A stretch of 64,000 nucleotides of DNA from Candidatus Latescibacterota bacterium (GTDB lineage: Bacteria > Latescibacterota > UBA2968 > GCA-2709665): the NCBI GenBank assembly GCA_965219455.1, contig OZ244744.1, forward strand, positions 5,376,001 to 5,440,000, read 5' to 3'. The position numbers were made by a program, and so were the translations under genes. Under the pieces are notes generated by a model. The model saw only the letters and a list, made by a program, of their open reading frames with translations. It was not told the origin of the DNA and ran no database searches. Positions 24,244 to 33,737 of this stretch are shown here, piece by piece. The stretch's first letter is position 1; every line of letters starts with the position of its first letter.

Positions 24244-24432
24244 TAGCAGTCCGTTGGAAAAGTTGCTCTGCAGGCGAGGTATAGTGTCCCGTCCCAGAAA
24301 TATGTTGCCATTGTGACCGAAGACAAGGCGCGCGACCGAGCCGAATCGGGGTATTCGGGGAGGGAGCGCAACGCAGTAATTTGGCCACAAGAGCCGGCCG
24401 CAGCCCGGATGGACTTTTTCAACGGGCTGTTA
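24244..24432. repeat. MITE/REP-like element copy 2
   Basis: Terminal inverted repeats TAGCAGTCCGTTGGAAAAG / CTTTTTCAACGGGCTGTTA; homologous to 23238-23348. Confidence 0.7.
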
Positions 24433-24866
24433 GGGAAAGGACGATTGAAATCAATCACAAGAATTGTATTGACAGGAAGATCAAACAACCGGCCTTGGCA
24501 AATAAAACGGCAACTTTCCGTATGTAAAATTGCGAACCGAATTGGCGGTGTCAAGCGGAATTCGTTTTGGGGAGACGAATAGAGAACGATACCATGGAAT
24601 GTCGGGGGGGTTGAGGGCGCTGCCGCAGGAAACCGATACGGAACAACGATTCGATGGCAAGGCTTCTGTAAGCGCATCAGACAGGCTTGACTATTCCATA
24701 ATTCCCGACTGTGTATCGGTCGGGATGTTTTTGTGCCACATCGACCGAAAGCGGTTTTCAATTTCGAGAGCCATTCTGAAAACAGTATTCATTACCGGGC
24801 AATCAGGGCAGAGGAGTCTATAACATAAACCTTTAATAAAAATCCACTTATGATCAAAAATATTAA

Positions 24867-24883
24867 TTGGCATACGGATTGCA
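24867..24883 (+). promoter_or_regulatory. Sigma-54 (-24/-12) promoter
   Basis: TTGGCATACGGATTGCA has GG-N10-GC and is close to YTGGCACGnnnnTTGCW; AT-rich upstream; 43 bp before the GTG start. Confidence 0.75.
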
Positions 24884-24925
24884 TTGGTCTGTTTGACGTG
24901 ATGGCGTTTGAAAAAGGAGAGATAC

Positions 24926-27100
24926 GTGAAACAGACCCTCTTGATCTTTATCGTGTGCCAGTTCCTGAATCAGAACGCGTTGTTGGCCCAGGCGATCGTC
25001 ACGCCGGATACGCTTCGCTTCGGTCCGGTGCGTGCAGGGACTTCAATTCTGGATAGTGTCATTGTCGTGAACAAGGGTGAGGCCGAAATGATCTTGACTT
25101 CCGGGGTTGTCGACGGAGCTGCCTTCCATTTACCGAACGACCCCTTTTCCGATGCAGACGTCGTGCTGTCGCCTGATCAGCCAATGAATCTTCGGGTTCG
25201 CTTTGAGCCCCAGGATCTGGTTGTCTACACCGCAAATCTGATCGTCGAGACCGGTAGCGACGCTCTGAATATACACCTCGTGGGCGAAGGCGTTCGAGAA
25301 GTTGTGGTCATTCAGGAGATCCTCGCCGATCCGCCCATGGAACTGGAAGGCGACGCCAATGGAGACGGGGCGCGCCACCGCAATCAGGATGAATTCGTGG
25401 AACTGCTGAATATCGGTTTTAAACCCGTCGAGTTGGACGGATGGCAGCTGAGCGATGCGGGCACCGCGGCCCGGGCGCGGTTCACGTTTCCTGAAAACAC
25501 CCTTCTCGAACCTGGCGAGCGCGTGGTTCTGTTTGGAGGTGGTTCTCCATCAGGTTTTTCAGGACTCGTGTTCGTCGACGACGGAACGATCGGAGGGGGC
25601 CTGAATAACCGGGGCGACGCGGTTTTTCTGATAGATCCTTCGGTGCCGGATACCGTGGCAACCGCCGCCTACGGTACCGCGGCGGACAAGAACCAATCGC
25701 TGGTGCGCCACCCGCAGGGCCGGGGACCATTCGTTCTCCATAGTCTGCTTCCCGGTGACGGCGCGCTGTTTTCACCGGGCCGGGCGCGTACGGTCATTCA
25801 GCGAATCGAAGTCGTACCTGCGGATACCACGGTGGAACTGGGAGCTATGATCCGGTTCGAAGCACGGGCTGTATTCGACAATGGGAGCGTGTCCACACTG
25901 GACGACCGGGTGGCCTGGCATTCGACCGATGATGCGGTTATCAGCCTTATGGACGACACCGGGACGGCGGTGGGCGTGGGTACAGCAGAGATAACCGCTA
26001 CAGTCGGGGATGAAGCGGCCACTCCCGGCAAGGTTGTGGTCATGGCCCCCTTCTTGTCGGATCTGCGGGTTGCACCCGCCGACACGCTGCTGGTGGTGGG
26101 TGATGCGCTCCAGTACCGGGTGGATGGCGTGAACGCCGACGGCGTCGAGGAGCCGATCGGGTCCGGGCTGGTTTGGCAAAGCTCGGATTCCACGGTGGCA
26201 CTCCCCAAGGGCGGCAATGTGATGTTGGCCGCGGGCTCTGGAAATGCCTCGTTGGTCGTTCACCTGGACTCCATGTCGGGCACGGCTACGTTCCGGGCTG
26301 GTGACCGTGGAGACCCGAATGCGGATGGCGAATTCGATTTGCTGGATGCGCTCCTTACCGTCTATCTGATCCTGGACATGCGGACCGACGCCGGACCGTA
26401 TGAGCGCAGCGCTGCGGATTTGAATCAGGACGGGCTTGTGGATATTCTGGATCTGGCTGTGTTGATACGCAAAATACTGGGGGTTCCGGCTGGCGGGGCG
26501 AAACCCGCATTGGCCAGTGCTGCCGCGTGGCAATGGGACGGTGAATGCCTGAATATACGTGCTACGTCCAGACTCTCGGCGATTCTGATTGCATTTGACG
26601 GTTACGTCGAGAGCGTGAAACCGCCCGTCGGAACGAAAGCGGTCGTTTCACATTCGCACCCGGGTCAAACACGCGTACTTGTCTTTCCAGTTTCGCCGGA
26701 CGCGCTGGATGGCGGTAACACGGGCCTCCGGCTGGTCACCCGGGGTGGGGCCGGAAGGGTGGCCGAAATGAGGGCCGCGGATATGTGGGGCCGACCGGTC
26801 GTGTTCAACTCCGAAAGGACGGAAAGGTTTGGATTGGAACAGAATTACCCCAATCCGTTCAACGCCTCCACGATAATGGTCTACAGTTTGCAGCGCCGGG
26901 ACTATGCACAGTTGCGAATTTTCTCGACGCTGGGACAGGAAATCGCACGGCCGATCGACGGCCCGGTCGCGGCGGGTACCCATCGAGTTGTCTGGGACGG
27001 CCGCGATGCGGAGGGGCGGCGAGCAGGGAGTGGTGTCTACCTTGTACATCTGGTGACCGGTAAACAGCGGTCTGTGATAAAGATGGTGCTGTTGAGATAA
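24926..27100 (+). CDS. Secreted protein: Ig (ASH-like) + lamin tail domain + 2 Big_2 + dockerin + FlgD-Ig/T9SS-type C-terminal domain
   Basis: Signal peptide; VIQEILADPP...DEFVELLN...GWQLSD (LTD); GDPNADGEFDLLD...ADLNQDGLVDILD (dockerin); QNYPNPFN...WDGRD..G...SGVY. Confidence 0.8.
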   Translation: MKQTLLIFIVCQFLNQNALLAQAIVTPDTLRFGPVRAGTSILDSVIVVNKGEAEMILTSGVVDGAAFHLPNDPFSDADVVLSPDQPMNLRVRFEPQDLVVYTANLIVETGSDALNIHLVGEGVREVVVIQEILADPPMELEGDANGDGARHRNQDEFVELLNIGFKPVELDGWQLSDAGTAARARFTFPENTLLEPGERVVLFGGGSPSGFSGLVFVDDGTIGGGLNNRGDAVFLIDPSVPDTVATAAYGTAADKNQSLVRHPQGRGPFVLHSLLPGDGALFSPGRARTVIQRIEVVPADTTVELGAMIRFEARAVFDNGSVSTLDDRVAWHSTDDAVISLMDDTGTAVGVGTAEITATVGDEAATPGKVVVMAPFLSDLRVAPADTLLVVGDALQYRVDGVNADGVEEPIGSGLVWQSSDSTVALPKGGNVMLAAGSGNASLVVHLDSMSGTATFRAGDRGDPNADGEFDLLDALLTVYLILDMRTDAGPYERSAADLNQDGLVDILDLAVLIRKILGVPAGGAKPALASAAAWQWDGECLNIRATSRLSAILIAFDGYVESVKPPVGTKAVVSHSHPGQTRVLVFPVSPDALDGGNTGLRLVTRGGAGRVAEMRAADMWGRPVVFNSERTERFGLEQNYPNPFNASTIMVYSLQRRDYAQLRIFSTLGQEIARPIDGPVAAGTHRVVWDGRDAEGRRAGSGVYLVHLVTGKQRSVIKMVLLR

Positions 27101-27198
27101 ATCCATTGGATCGCAGACAACAGCCGCTGTCAACCGACCTGGCAAACACCGAACCCCCACCCGGCACCTCCATCATCGAATATTGAGGGTATCTCTGC

Positions 27199-30100
27199 AT
27201 GCGTCGCTGTATACACACATTGGCAATCCTGCTTACCCTGGACAGGCCGCCGGCGGGTTACTGCACGCCAGCAGACACACTCAGTGTACTCGGTACAACC
27301 GTTCTGGCCGCGGATACGGCGGGTGTAGAGGTGGTCCTTAAAAATGCACAGACAATAGGGGGTACCTCGTGGACCCTGGGGTATGATTCTTCCGCCATGG
27401 CGGTAGTCGGAGTTGAGCAGACGGAGCGGACCGCAAACATGGTGATCTATTCCCATGCCGCGGGCGATTCAATTAATGCGCTCATCCTGGATCCCTCCAC
27501 CGGGCAGGCGATTCCGCCCGGCGAGGGAGCCATAGCGCTGCTGCGGCTGGTGATTCGCGAATCCGTCCCCGACGGCATCTACCCGGTGACGTTTCGTACG
27601 GTGGATCTGGTGAATGCCGCTCAGCCGCCAGAGCGACTTGCAGCCGTCGGGCTGGCCGGACAGGTTCGGGTTGCGTCCCAGCTTCTGTCCGTCCGGGCAA
27701 CTGGCGGGTCTCCCGGCGACACCGTCTCCGTGTCCCTCAAATTGCATAACAGGGCTGTGGTGGCAGGTTTTCAGGCTGAACTGAGTTGGCCTCAAGACGC
27801 GTTGAGTTTCGTGGAGGCGTTGCCCGCCGATCGGATTGCCCAATGGGATCTGTGGGCGGTTGCCAGAAACGGGAAGGGCGCCACGGTTCTCGCGGCCGAC
27901 CTGGACGGTACGAAGCGGATACCGCCTGGCGAAGGCACTATAGCCGTGTTGAATCTGGCCATCCCCGATCTATCCAACCGTAACGCAGTGCCCGTTTCTA
28001 TTGAAAGTGTGAGATTGGCGGATCCGGAGGGAACGGCATTGGCCGCAGCCTCGGAAGACGGCGAAGTCACCATCGTATCGCACTTGAATAGATCTCCTCA
28101 ACTAACTCTTCCTGAACATATTACGACGTCTGAAGATTCGATGCTTCTCTGGCGCGCACCGGCCTTTGATCCGGACGGGGATCAACTCGAATTCGAAGCC
28201 GAAAACCTCCCGGAATGGCTATCGCTCGACACCCAAACCGGCGAATTCAGCGGCGTACCCCTGGACAGGGATGTGGGCGTTTATTTGGTCAGTCTCCGGG
28301 TTTCCGACGGTCAATTCAGTGTTTCGGACACAACACGGCTTAAAGTCACCAATCTTCCGCCGAAGATTCTAGGTACGCCCGAACGCAGCGTCCGCGTGGG
28401 AGCCGCATACCGTTATGCGCCAGAGGTGCGAAACCTCGATGGTGGGTCTGTTCGTATTGAGCCAGACGGTATGGGTTTTCTGTGCGACGCGGAGTCCGGC
28501 CTCGTTACCTGGCGGCCCGAAAATACGGGCGAATTTCGCTTGCAATTGATCGCGGAGGATCCGAACGGCGGGGAAGCGGTACAGGCTTTCGCAGTAACGG
28601 TCGTAGCTGGTGCCAGAGTGGTGATCGATGAGGTATTGGCGGATCCGGCTACAGGTCCAAACGGCGATGCCAACCGAGACGGGGTTAGAGACGGCAGGGA
28701 AGACGAGTTTGTTGAAATATGGAATATCGACTCGAAGCCGGTGACGATAGGTGGATGGTGGCTAAGCGACGACGACGCCGGGGCGACGGGGCGATTTTAT
28801 TTTCCCGACGGCATGGTACTTGAACCAGGTTCGCGTGCAGTACTGTTTGGTGGTGGCAAACCAAAAGATATTCCTGGGCACGTATTTGTAGACGACGGCA
28901 GTATCGGTAATGGATTGACCAATAAGGGGGATCTGGTGTTGCTGGTCGATCCAGTCTCCGAAGATACGGTGGCAGTGGCCGATTTCCTGGCAAAAGGCGA
29001 CCTGAACCGGTCCGTGGTGAGGCTCGCCGAGGGCATTTACGTCCCACATCCCGATTTACCGGACGGTGGGGTCATATCCCCAGGCCGGCCGCATCCGAAG
29101 CCCATGGCCCCGGACGAAACGGCGAAACCCCCTTCGCCGGTATTTCTGGATGACCCCCCATCGTGGTGCCGGGTTGGCGCGCTCTGTCGGTTCGTGCCCA
29201 GAATTCGCAATCTGGACGGCGGGTTCGTGCACTTGGAGACCCGCGTGCTGGGTGTCGTGTGGGACCGTTCCACGGGTGAGATTTTATGGAGGCCCGATAA
29301 GGAAGGGCGTTTTCGTTTCTGGCAGACCGCGGTAAGTGGCGCGGGCGAAAAGACCGTCAGGCAGTTTGACGTATGGGTCGAGGCCCGTCCACAAATTGCA
29401 ATTGTCGAAATTCTGGCAGACCCTCCGCCCGGCGTAAACGGAGACGTGAATGGAGATGGAACGCGAGACAGCCAGGCGGACGAATTTGTGGAGATCTTGA
29501 ATGAAGGGCCGGATGCAGTCTGGCTTACGGACTGGCGGCTGAGCGACGATGATGTTTCAGCCCGCCGCCAGTTTCGGTTTCCCGATTTCACCAGACTCCA
29601 TCCTGGGGAACGAGCCGTGCTGTTCGGAGGAGGACGGCCTGGGGGGGTTAAGGGCCAGATTTTCGTGGATGACGGTAGCATCGGTAACGGATTGACCAAC
29701 AAGTCGGATGTGATTCTGCTGATCGACCCCGTTCTGAACGACACGCTCGCCCGTGCCTTATATTATGTCGAGACGGATATCAATCAGTCTCTGGCGTGGG
29801 ACGGTACGGCCTGGGTTCCGCATCAGACGCCGCCGGGCCGAGGCGTATTTTCGCCGGGACTGCCACGGGAGTTGGGAACCGTTGCCGGTGACGGCTCGGA
29901 CGACGGTGATGTCAGGCCGAATGAGGATAGTGAACGGTCCCTGAATCCAACAGGACACGTTCCGGCGGGCGTGATTGTCAGTGAAATCCTGGCGAGTCCC
30001 GCGTCTGGTCCAGGCGGCGATACCAACGCCGATGGTGAACGCCACGGATTTCAGGATGAGTTCGTGGAACTCCTGAATGCGGGAACCGACACGGCACGTC

Positions 30101-32058
30101 TTGACGGGTGCAGGCTCGGAGATGACGATGCGCCACCCGATCGTCTTTTTGAATTTCCGGACGGTACGATGCTTCCGCCTGGCGGGTTCCTGGTCCTGTT
30201 TGGTGGCGGTTCGACGTCGGATTTCCCCGGGAAAGCGTTTGTGGACGACGGCAGGATCGGCGACGGCCTCTCTAATTCCGGCGACACAGTCGTATTCCTA
30301 TCACCCGATGGCGTGGACACGCTAGACGCCGCCACCTATGTCAAGGCGCCTGAAGGAACCTCGCTCGTCCGTCTTGAAGATGCCACGCTGCAACGGCATG
30401 ATCGTCTGCCATTCGCCGGGATGTTTTCACCGGGCCGTGCGTCGCCGCTGCTGGTCGGGATCCGCATCGTACCGGACTCACTCGTCATGGAACCTGGATC
30501 CAGCCACGCCGTCACCGCAGAAGGCATTTTCGATTCGGTGACCGTGTCGGATGTCACGAACAGCCTGGAATGGATCGTTGAGGACTCCTCGGTTGCGCGA
30601 CTTGAACCGGGGATGCGGCTACTGGGTGTTGCGCCGGGAGAGACGGCTGTGCATGCACGGTTCGGGCGTCTCACGTCAAACGCCGTCGTCAGGATTCTCT
30701 CGAAGACTACGGACGATAGGGGCGATTCGAGCAATGTGCACGACGACAACACCGGCAGTGCGAATCCACTATCCAATTTTCCGCCGGTAATCCTTTCGCG
30801 CCCGGACACGCTGGCCATCGCGGGTCTCACGTACACGTACCGGCCGATGGCTGAGGATCCCGATGGTGATCCTGTGGTTTTTCTGGCGCCGCGGAGACCT
30901 GCCTGGCTTCAATGGACTGAAACCCGTTTGGAGGGCTTGCCGGAAGACACCGGAAACTGGCCGGTTGTCATGGCAGCCACGGACGGTGGCGACACAACGG
31001 AACAGGCGTTCACCATCCGCGTTGTAAGGCCCGGTTTTCGTCCCGAGAGCCGACCGGACAGCGTTGCCTACGTTGGTGTAACCTGGCGGATGTCTCTGGA
31101 TATCAGCGACGGGATTCAGACTCAGATAGACGGCGGACCCGTTCTCGAAGCCTCGGGCGAATCCCTGGTATGGCGCCCGCAGACGGGCGACGAAGGCCAA
31201 CGGGTAATCACGGTTTTCATGAGTGGAAACGGCGCCGAAAGCCTGGTCTTGACATTCCGGATCACGGTCTGGCCTCGGCCGCTGATCCGCGTCGATGAGA
31301 TTCTGGTCAATCCGATCGCGGATGTTAACGGGGATGGAACTCTGGACCCATACGGAGATCAATTCATCGAATTACTCAATGCCGTCGAGCACGCTGTGGA
31401 TCTGACGGGTTGGACGCTCGGTGACGACGACGGAGAACCGTTTACATTCCCCAGAGGTACGGTTTTGAATGGTGGAGATCGATTGACCCTTGTCGGTGGC
31501 GGGCTGCGCACGGCCCGGAAAGACCGATTTTCCGCCGGCGGCCGCATCGGGAACGGGTTGGCTGCCGCGGATCGGATCCTTCTGATCGCACCGGCCGGAC
31601 CGGATACGCTGGTCGATACGCAGTACACCAACGGACAGATTGACGCCTCTCTGGTGCCTGACCCGCAGAACCCGGGGGCTTGGCTGCCTCACAACCAGAT
31701 TTCGAGCCTGCCGTTGTCGCCGGGCTTGGCCACACCTGTGGCGGATACCGCCGTCGCTGACTCCGCGGGATACGCTGCAAATGGAGTTGAAGCCGACCCG
31801 GTTCACCCATTTCCAAACCCATTCAATTTGCATACGACCATCGGGTTTCGAAGCACCGGCGATCCGGCGGAATTTACGGTGTACAATATTCTCGGACAAC
31901 CCGTACGGCGGTTCATGGTCGGAGCCGGGGCGGGGTTACATCATTTGGTATGGGACGGACGCGACGATATGGGGCGGTCGGTAGGAACTGGCATATATCT
32001 CATTCACTTGCGAAACGGATTACGCGTCCGCACGATACGTGTGGTTCTGGTAAAATGA
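27199..32058 (+). CDS. Large secreted scaffold-like protein: 2 cohesin-like + Ig/cadherin (He_PIG) repeats + 4 lamin tail domains + Big_2 + FlgD-Ig/T9SS-type C-terminal domain
   Basis: Two repeats with IPPGEG.IA.L and AGFQ.EL; DPDGD..F....LPEWL; four I.E.LA.P...D.N.DG....DEF.E LTD units; PFPNPFN...WDGRDD.G..V.TGIY. Confidence 0.8.
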   Translation: MRRCIHTLAILLTLDRPPAGYCTPADTLSVLGTTVLAADTAGVEVVLKNAQTIGGTSWTLGYDSSAMAVVGVEQTERTANMVIYSHAAGDSINALILDPSTGQAIPPGEGAIALLRLVIRESVPDGIYPVTFRTVDLVNAAQPPERLAAVGLAGQVRVASQLLSVRATGGSPGDTVSVSLKLHNRAVVAGFQAELSWPQDALSFVEALPADRIAQWDLWAVARNGKGATVLAADLDGTKRIPPGEGTIAVLNLAIPDLSNRNAVPVSIESVRLADPEGTALAAASEDGEVTIVSHLNRSPQLTLPEHITTSEDSMLLWRAPAFDPDGDQLEFEAENLPEWLSLDTQTGEFSGVPLDRDVGVYLVSLRVSDGQFSVSDTTRLKVTNLPPKILGTPERSVRVGAAYRYAPEVRNLDGGSVRIEPDGMGFLCDAESGLVTWRPENTGEFRLQLIAEDPNGGEAVQAFAVTVVAGARVVIDEVLADPATGPNGDANRDGVRDGREDEFVEIWNIDSKPVTIGGWWLSDDDAGATGRFYFPDGMVLEPGSRAVLFGGGKPKDIPGHVFVDDGSIGNGLTNKGDLVLLVDPVSEDTVAVADFLAKGDLNRSVVRLAEGIYVPHPDLPDGGVISPGRPHPKPMAPDETAKPPSPVFLDDPPSWCRVGALCRFVPRIRNLDGGFVHLETRVLGVVWDRSTGEILWRPDKEGRFRFWQTAVSGAGEKTVRQFDVWVEARPQIAIVEILADPPPGVNGDVNGDGTRDSQADEFVEILNEGPDAVWLTDWRLSDDDVSARRQFRFPDFTRLHPGERAVLFGGGRPGGVKGQIFVDDGSIGNGLTNKSDVILLIDPVLNDTLARALYYVETDINQSLAWDGTAWVPHQTPPGRGVFSPGLPRELGTVAGDGSDDGDVRPNEDSERSLNPTGHVPAGVIVSEILASPASGPGGDTNADGERHGFQDEFVELLNAGTDTARLDGCRLGDDDAPPDRLFEFPDGTMLPPGGFLVLFGGGSTSDFPGKAFVDDGRIGDGLSNSGDTVVFLSPDGVDTLDAATYVKAPEGTSLVRLEDATLQRHDRLPFAGMFSPGRASPLLVGIRIVPDSLVMEPGSSHAVTAEGIFDSVTVSDVTNSLEWIVEDSSVARLEPGMRLLGVAPGETAVHARFGRLTSNAVVRILSKTTDDRGDSSNVHDDNTGSANPLSNFPPVILSRPDTLAIAGLTYTYRPMAEDPDGDPVVFLAPRRPAWLQWTETRLEGLPEDTGNWPVVMAATDGGDTTEQAFTIRVVRPGFRPESRPDSVAYVGVTWRMSLDISDGIQTQIDGGPVLEASGESLVWRPQTGDEGQRVITVFMSGNGAESLVLTFRITVWPRPLIRVDEILVNPIADVNGDGTLDPYGDQFIELLNAVEHAVDLTGWTLGDDDGEPFTFPRGTVLNGGDRLTLVGGGLRTARKDRFSAGGRIGNGLAAADRILLIAPAGPDTLVDTQYTNGQIDASLVPDPQNPGAWLPHNQISSLPLSPGLATPVADTAVADSAGYAANGVEADPVHPFPNPFNLHTTIGFRSTGDPAEFTVYNILGQPVRRFMVGAGAGLHHLVWDGRDDMGRSVGTGIYLIHLRNGLRVRTIRVVLVK

Positions 32059-32244
32059 CCCGGGGATAGATCATCCGCGTCCGCCCACGATTAAGGGCAA
32101 AACGCCGAAGGTGGCGGCGTGCTGAGCCTCCCGTACCCATGCGCCAGACTGCCTTCTTGCGGATGCAGAGAGTAAATGCCGCTCATCGTCGGCAGGTTCG
32201 TTGCGGTTGTAATGAAAAATTATCGAGGAAAGGGGGTGGAATTC

Positions 32245-32505
32245 ATGGCACAGCCCGAGATTACGTTCAGACACGGTTCCTGCAGCGCTTCCGTATTTGA
32301 GAACGAATATAACCGTGGCAAGGACAGTTTCAACGTCCGTACAGTTTCGTTTCAAAGAAGCTACCGGGACAAGCAAGGCGAGTGGCAGCGCTCCAGCAGC
32401 CTGCGCGTAAACGATATTCCTAAAGCGATCCTGGTGCTCAACAAAGCGTATGAGTACTTAACGTCCAACGGTCACGCTGAAGTCGAAGAAGAAGCCGAAA
32501 CCTGA
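32245..32505 (+). CDS. Small putative ssDNA-binding protein (PC4/Whirly-like)
   Basis: FRHGSCSASVFEN...VSFQRSYRDKQGEWQRSSSL..NDIPKA, acidic tail; RBS and its own terminator. Confidence 0.65.
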   Translation: MAQPEITFRHGSCSASVFENEYNRGKDSFNVRTVSFQRSYRDKQGEWQRSSSLRVNDIPKAILVLNKAYEYLTSNGHAEVEEEAET

Positions 32506-32531
32506 GCTCGGTTTCACAGTTGATTGCGAAG

Positions 32532-32570
32532 AGGGACAACCTGCGTCAGTTTTACGGGTGTCCCTTTTTT
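32532..32570 (+). terminator. Rho-independent terminator
   Basis: AGGGACA...TGTCCCT stem followed by a T run. Confidence 0.75.
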
Positions 32571-32666
32571 GTATTCTTACTGTTCTATTGTTGTTTCAAG
32601 GACGATTTATTCGTATCTTCCGGGGAACGTACATTGAGCGGGTTATCGAGAATGCGGAGCGTTCAC

Positions 32667-33587
32667 ATGGAAGATGCGCCCATCGATATTGAGCAATCTT
32701 TGGCCCGGCTGACGGGCGAATTGCAGAATTTCCAGGATATCGTCAAGCATATCAAACCGCCGTCGGGTGAAATTCCCGTATTAAAGGGAATCGACATCTA
32801 CGGAGAAACCATTCCGCTGAAAGGTCTGATCGGCGGCGATCATATCATATACGTCGATTTTAAGAAACGGTACGATCTGGAGGCGCGTATACGGCATGCG
32901 GAGAAAGAAGGCCGCAGGAGAGTAGCCGCAAACCTCAGGAGATGCCAGCGGATGGCCGGGATCGCGCTCGTGGATGTGTCAGGTCACCAGATTACTGACG
33001 CGATGCTGGCCGGTATGTTGCACGAGGCATTCTTGCTCGGCGCCATCTACGAACTGGACCAGTTCGGCACGATCACTGAGAAATTGTTCGAGAATTTGAA
33101 TACACGGATTTACAATTCTTCCAGCATCAGCAAATTCCTCACGATGATTTATGGAGAGATCAGCGAAGACGACACATTCAAATTTCTTTCTGCGGCCCAC
33201 CCCATGCCGATTGTGTTTTCCAATATGAATGATCGGATTATGGACATTAGCGAGGATCTGTTTGTGAATTTCCCTCCCATCGGAACTTTTCCCTCACAGG
33301 AGGATATCGACCGGCAGGCGATCGAAAGTGTGCTGGGCTTCAAGAAAAAATACGAGATCAATGAGTGGACGCTGATGGGGCCGGGCGACATTCTGTTGTT
33401 GTATACGGACGGGCTGACGGACCATCGTCGGGGCGACGACGACTATTACCCTGATCGGCTCGAGGGCGCGCTCCGGCGGGTCAAAGTGCTGCCGGCCCAG
33501 GGGATTTTCGAGGCCATAAAAGAGGATCTGCTCGACTTTGGCGAACCCCTGGACGATATCAGTCTTGTTGTAATAAAGAGGACTTAG
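32667..33587 (+). CDS. PP2C/SpoIIE (RsbU-like) Ser/Thr phosphatase without a sensor domain
   Basis: IGGDH, DVSGH, SAAHP, GDILLLYTDGL, DDISLVVIKR. Confidence 0.85.
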   Translation: MEDAPIDIEQSLARLTGELQNFQDIVKHIKPPSGEIPVLKGIDIYGETIPLKGLIGGDHIIYVDFKKRYDLEARIRHAEKEGRRRVAANLRRCQRMAGIALVDVSGHQITDAMLAGMLHEAFLLGAIYELDQFGTITEKLFENLNTRIYNSSSISKFLTMIYGEISEDDTFKFLSAAHPMPIVFSNMNDRIMDISEDLFVNFPPIGTFPSQEDIDRQAIESVLGFKKKYEINEWTLMGPGDILLLYTDGLTDHRRGDDDYYPDRLEGALRRVKVLPAQGIFEAIKEDLLDFGEPLDDISLVVIKRT

Positions 33588-33737
33588 TGTCCCGTTTCGG
33601 AAATATGTCACCATTCATCCGCCGAATTTAGGCAATCTATCTCAGGGACAGAACATTAAAAGTGTACGCATCGGCCGCGGTCCGTTGAAGCGCCGGCCTG
33701 AATCCGAATTAGTCGTTAATTCGCAGGAGGCAAAACC

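Noticed and set aside
25300-31730. CRISPR or tandem DNA repeat array
   Set aside because: The repeats are diverged protein-domain duplications; no regular repeat-spacer pattern was seen anywhere in the window
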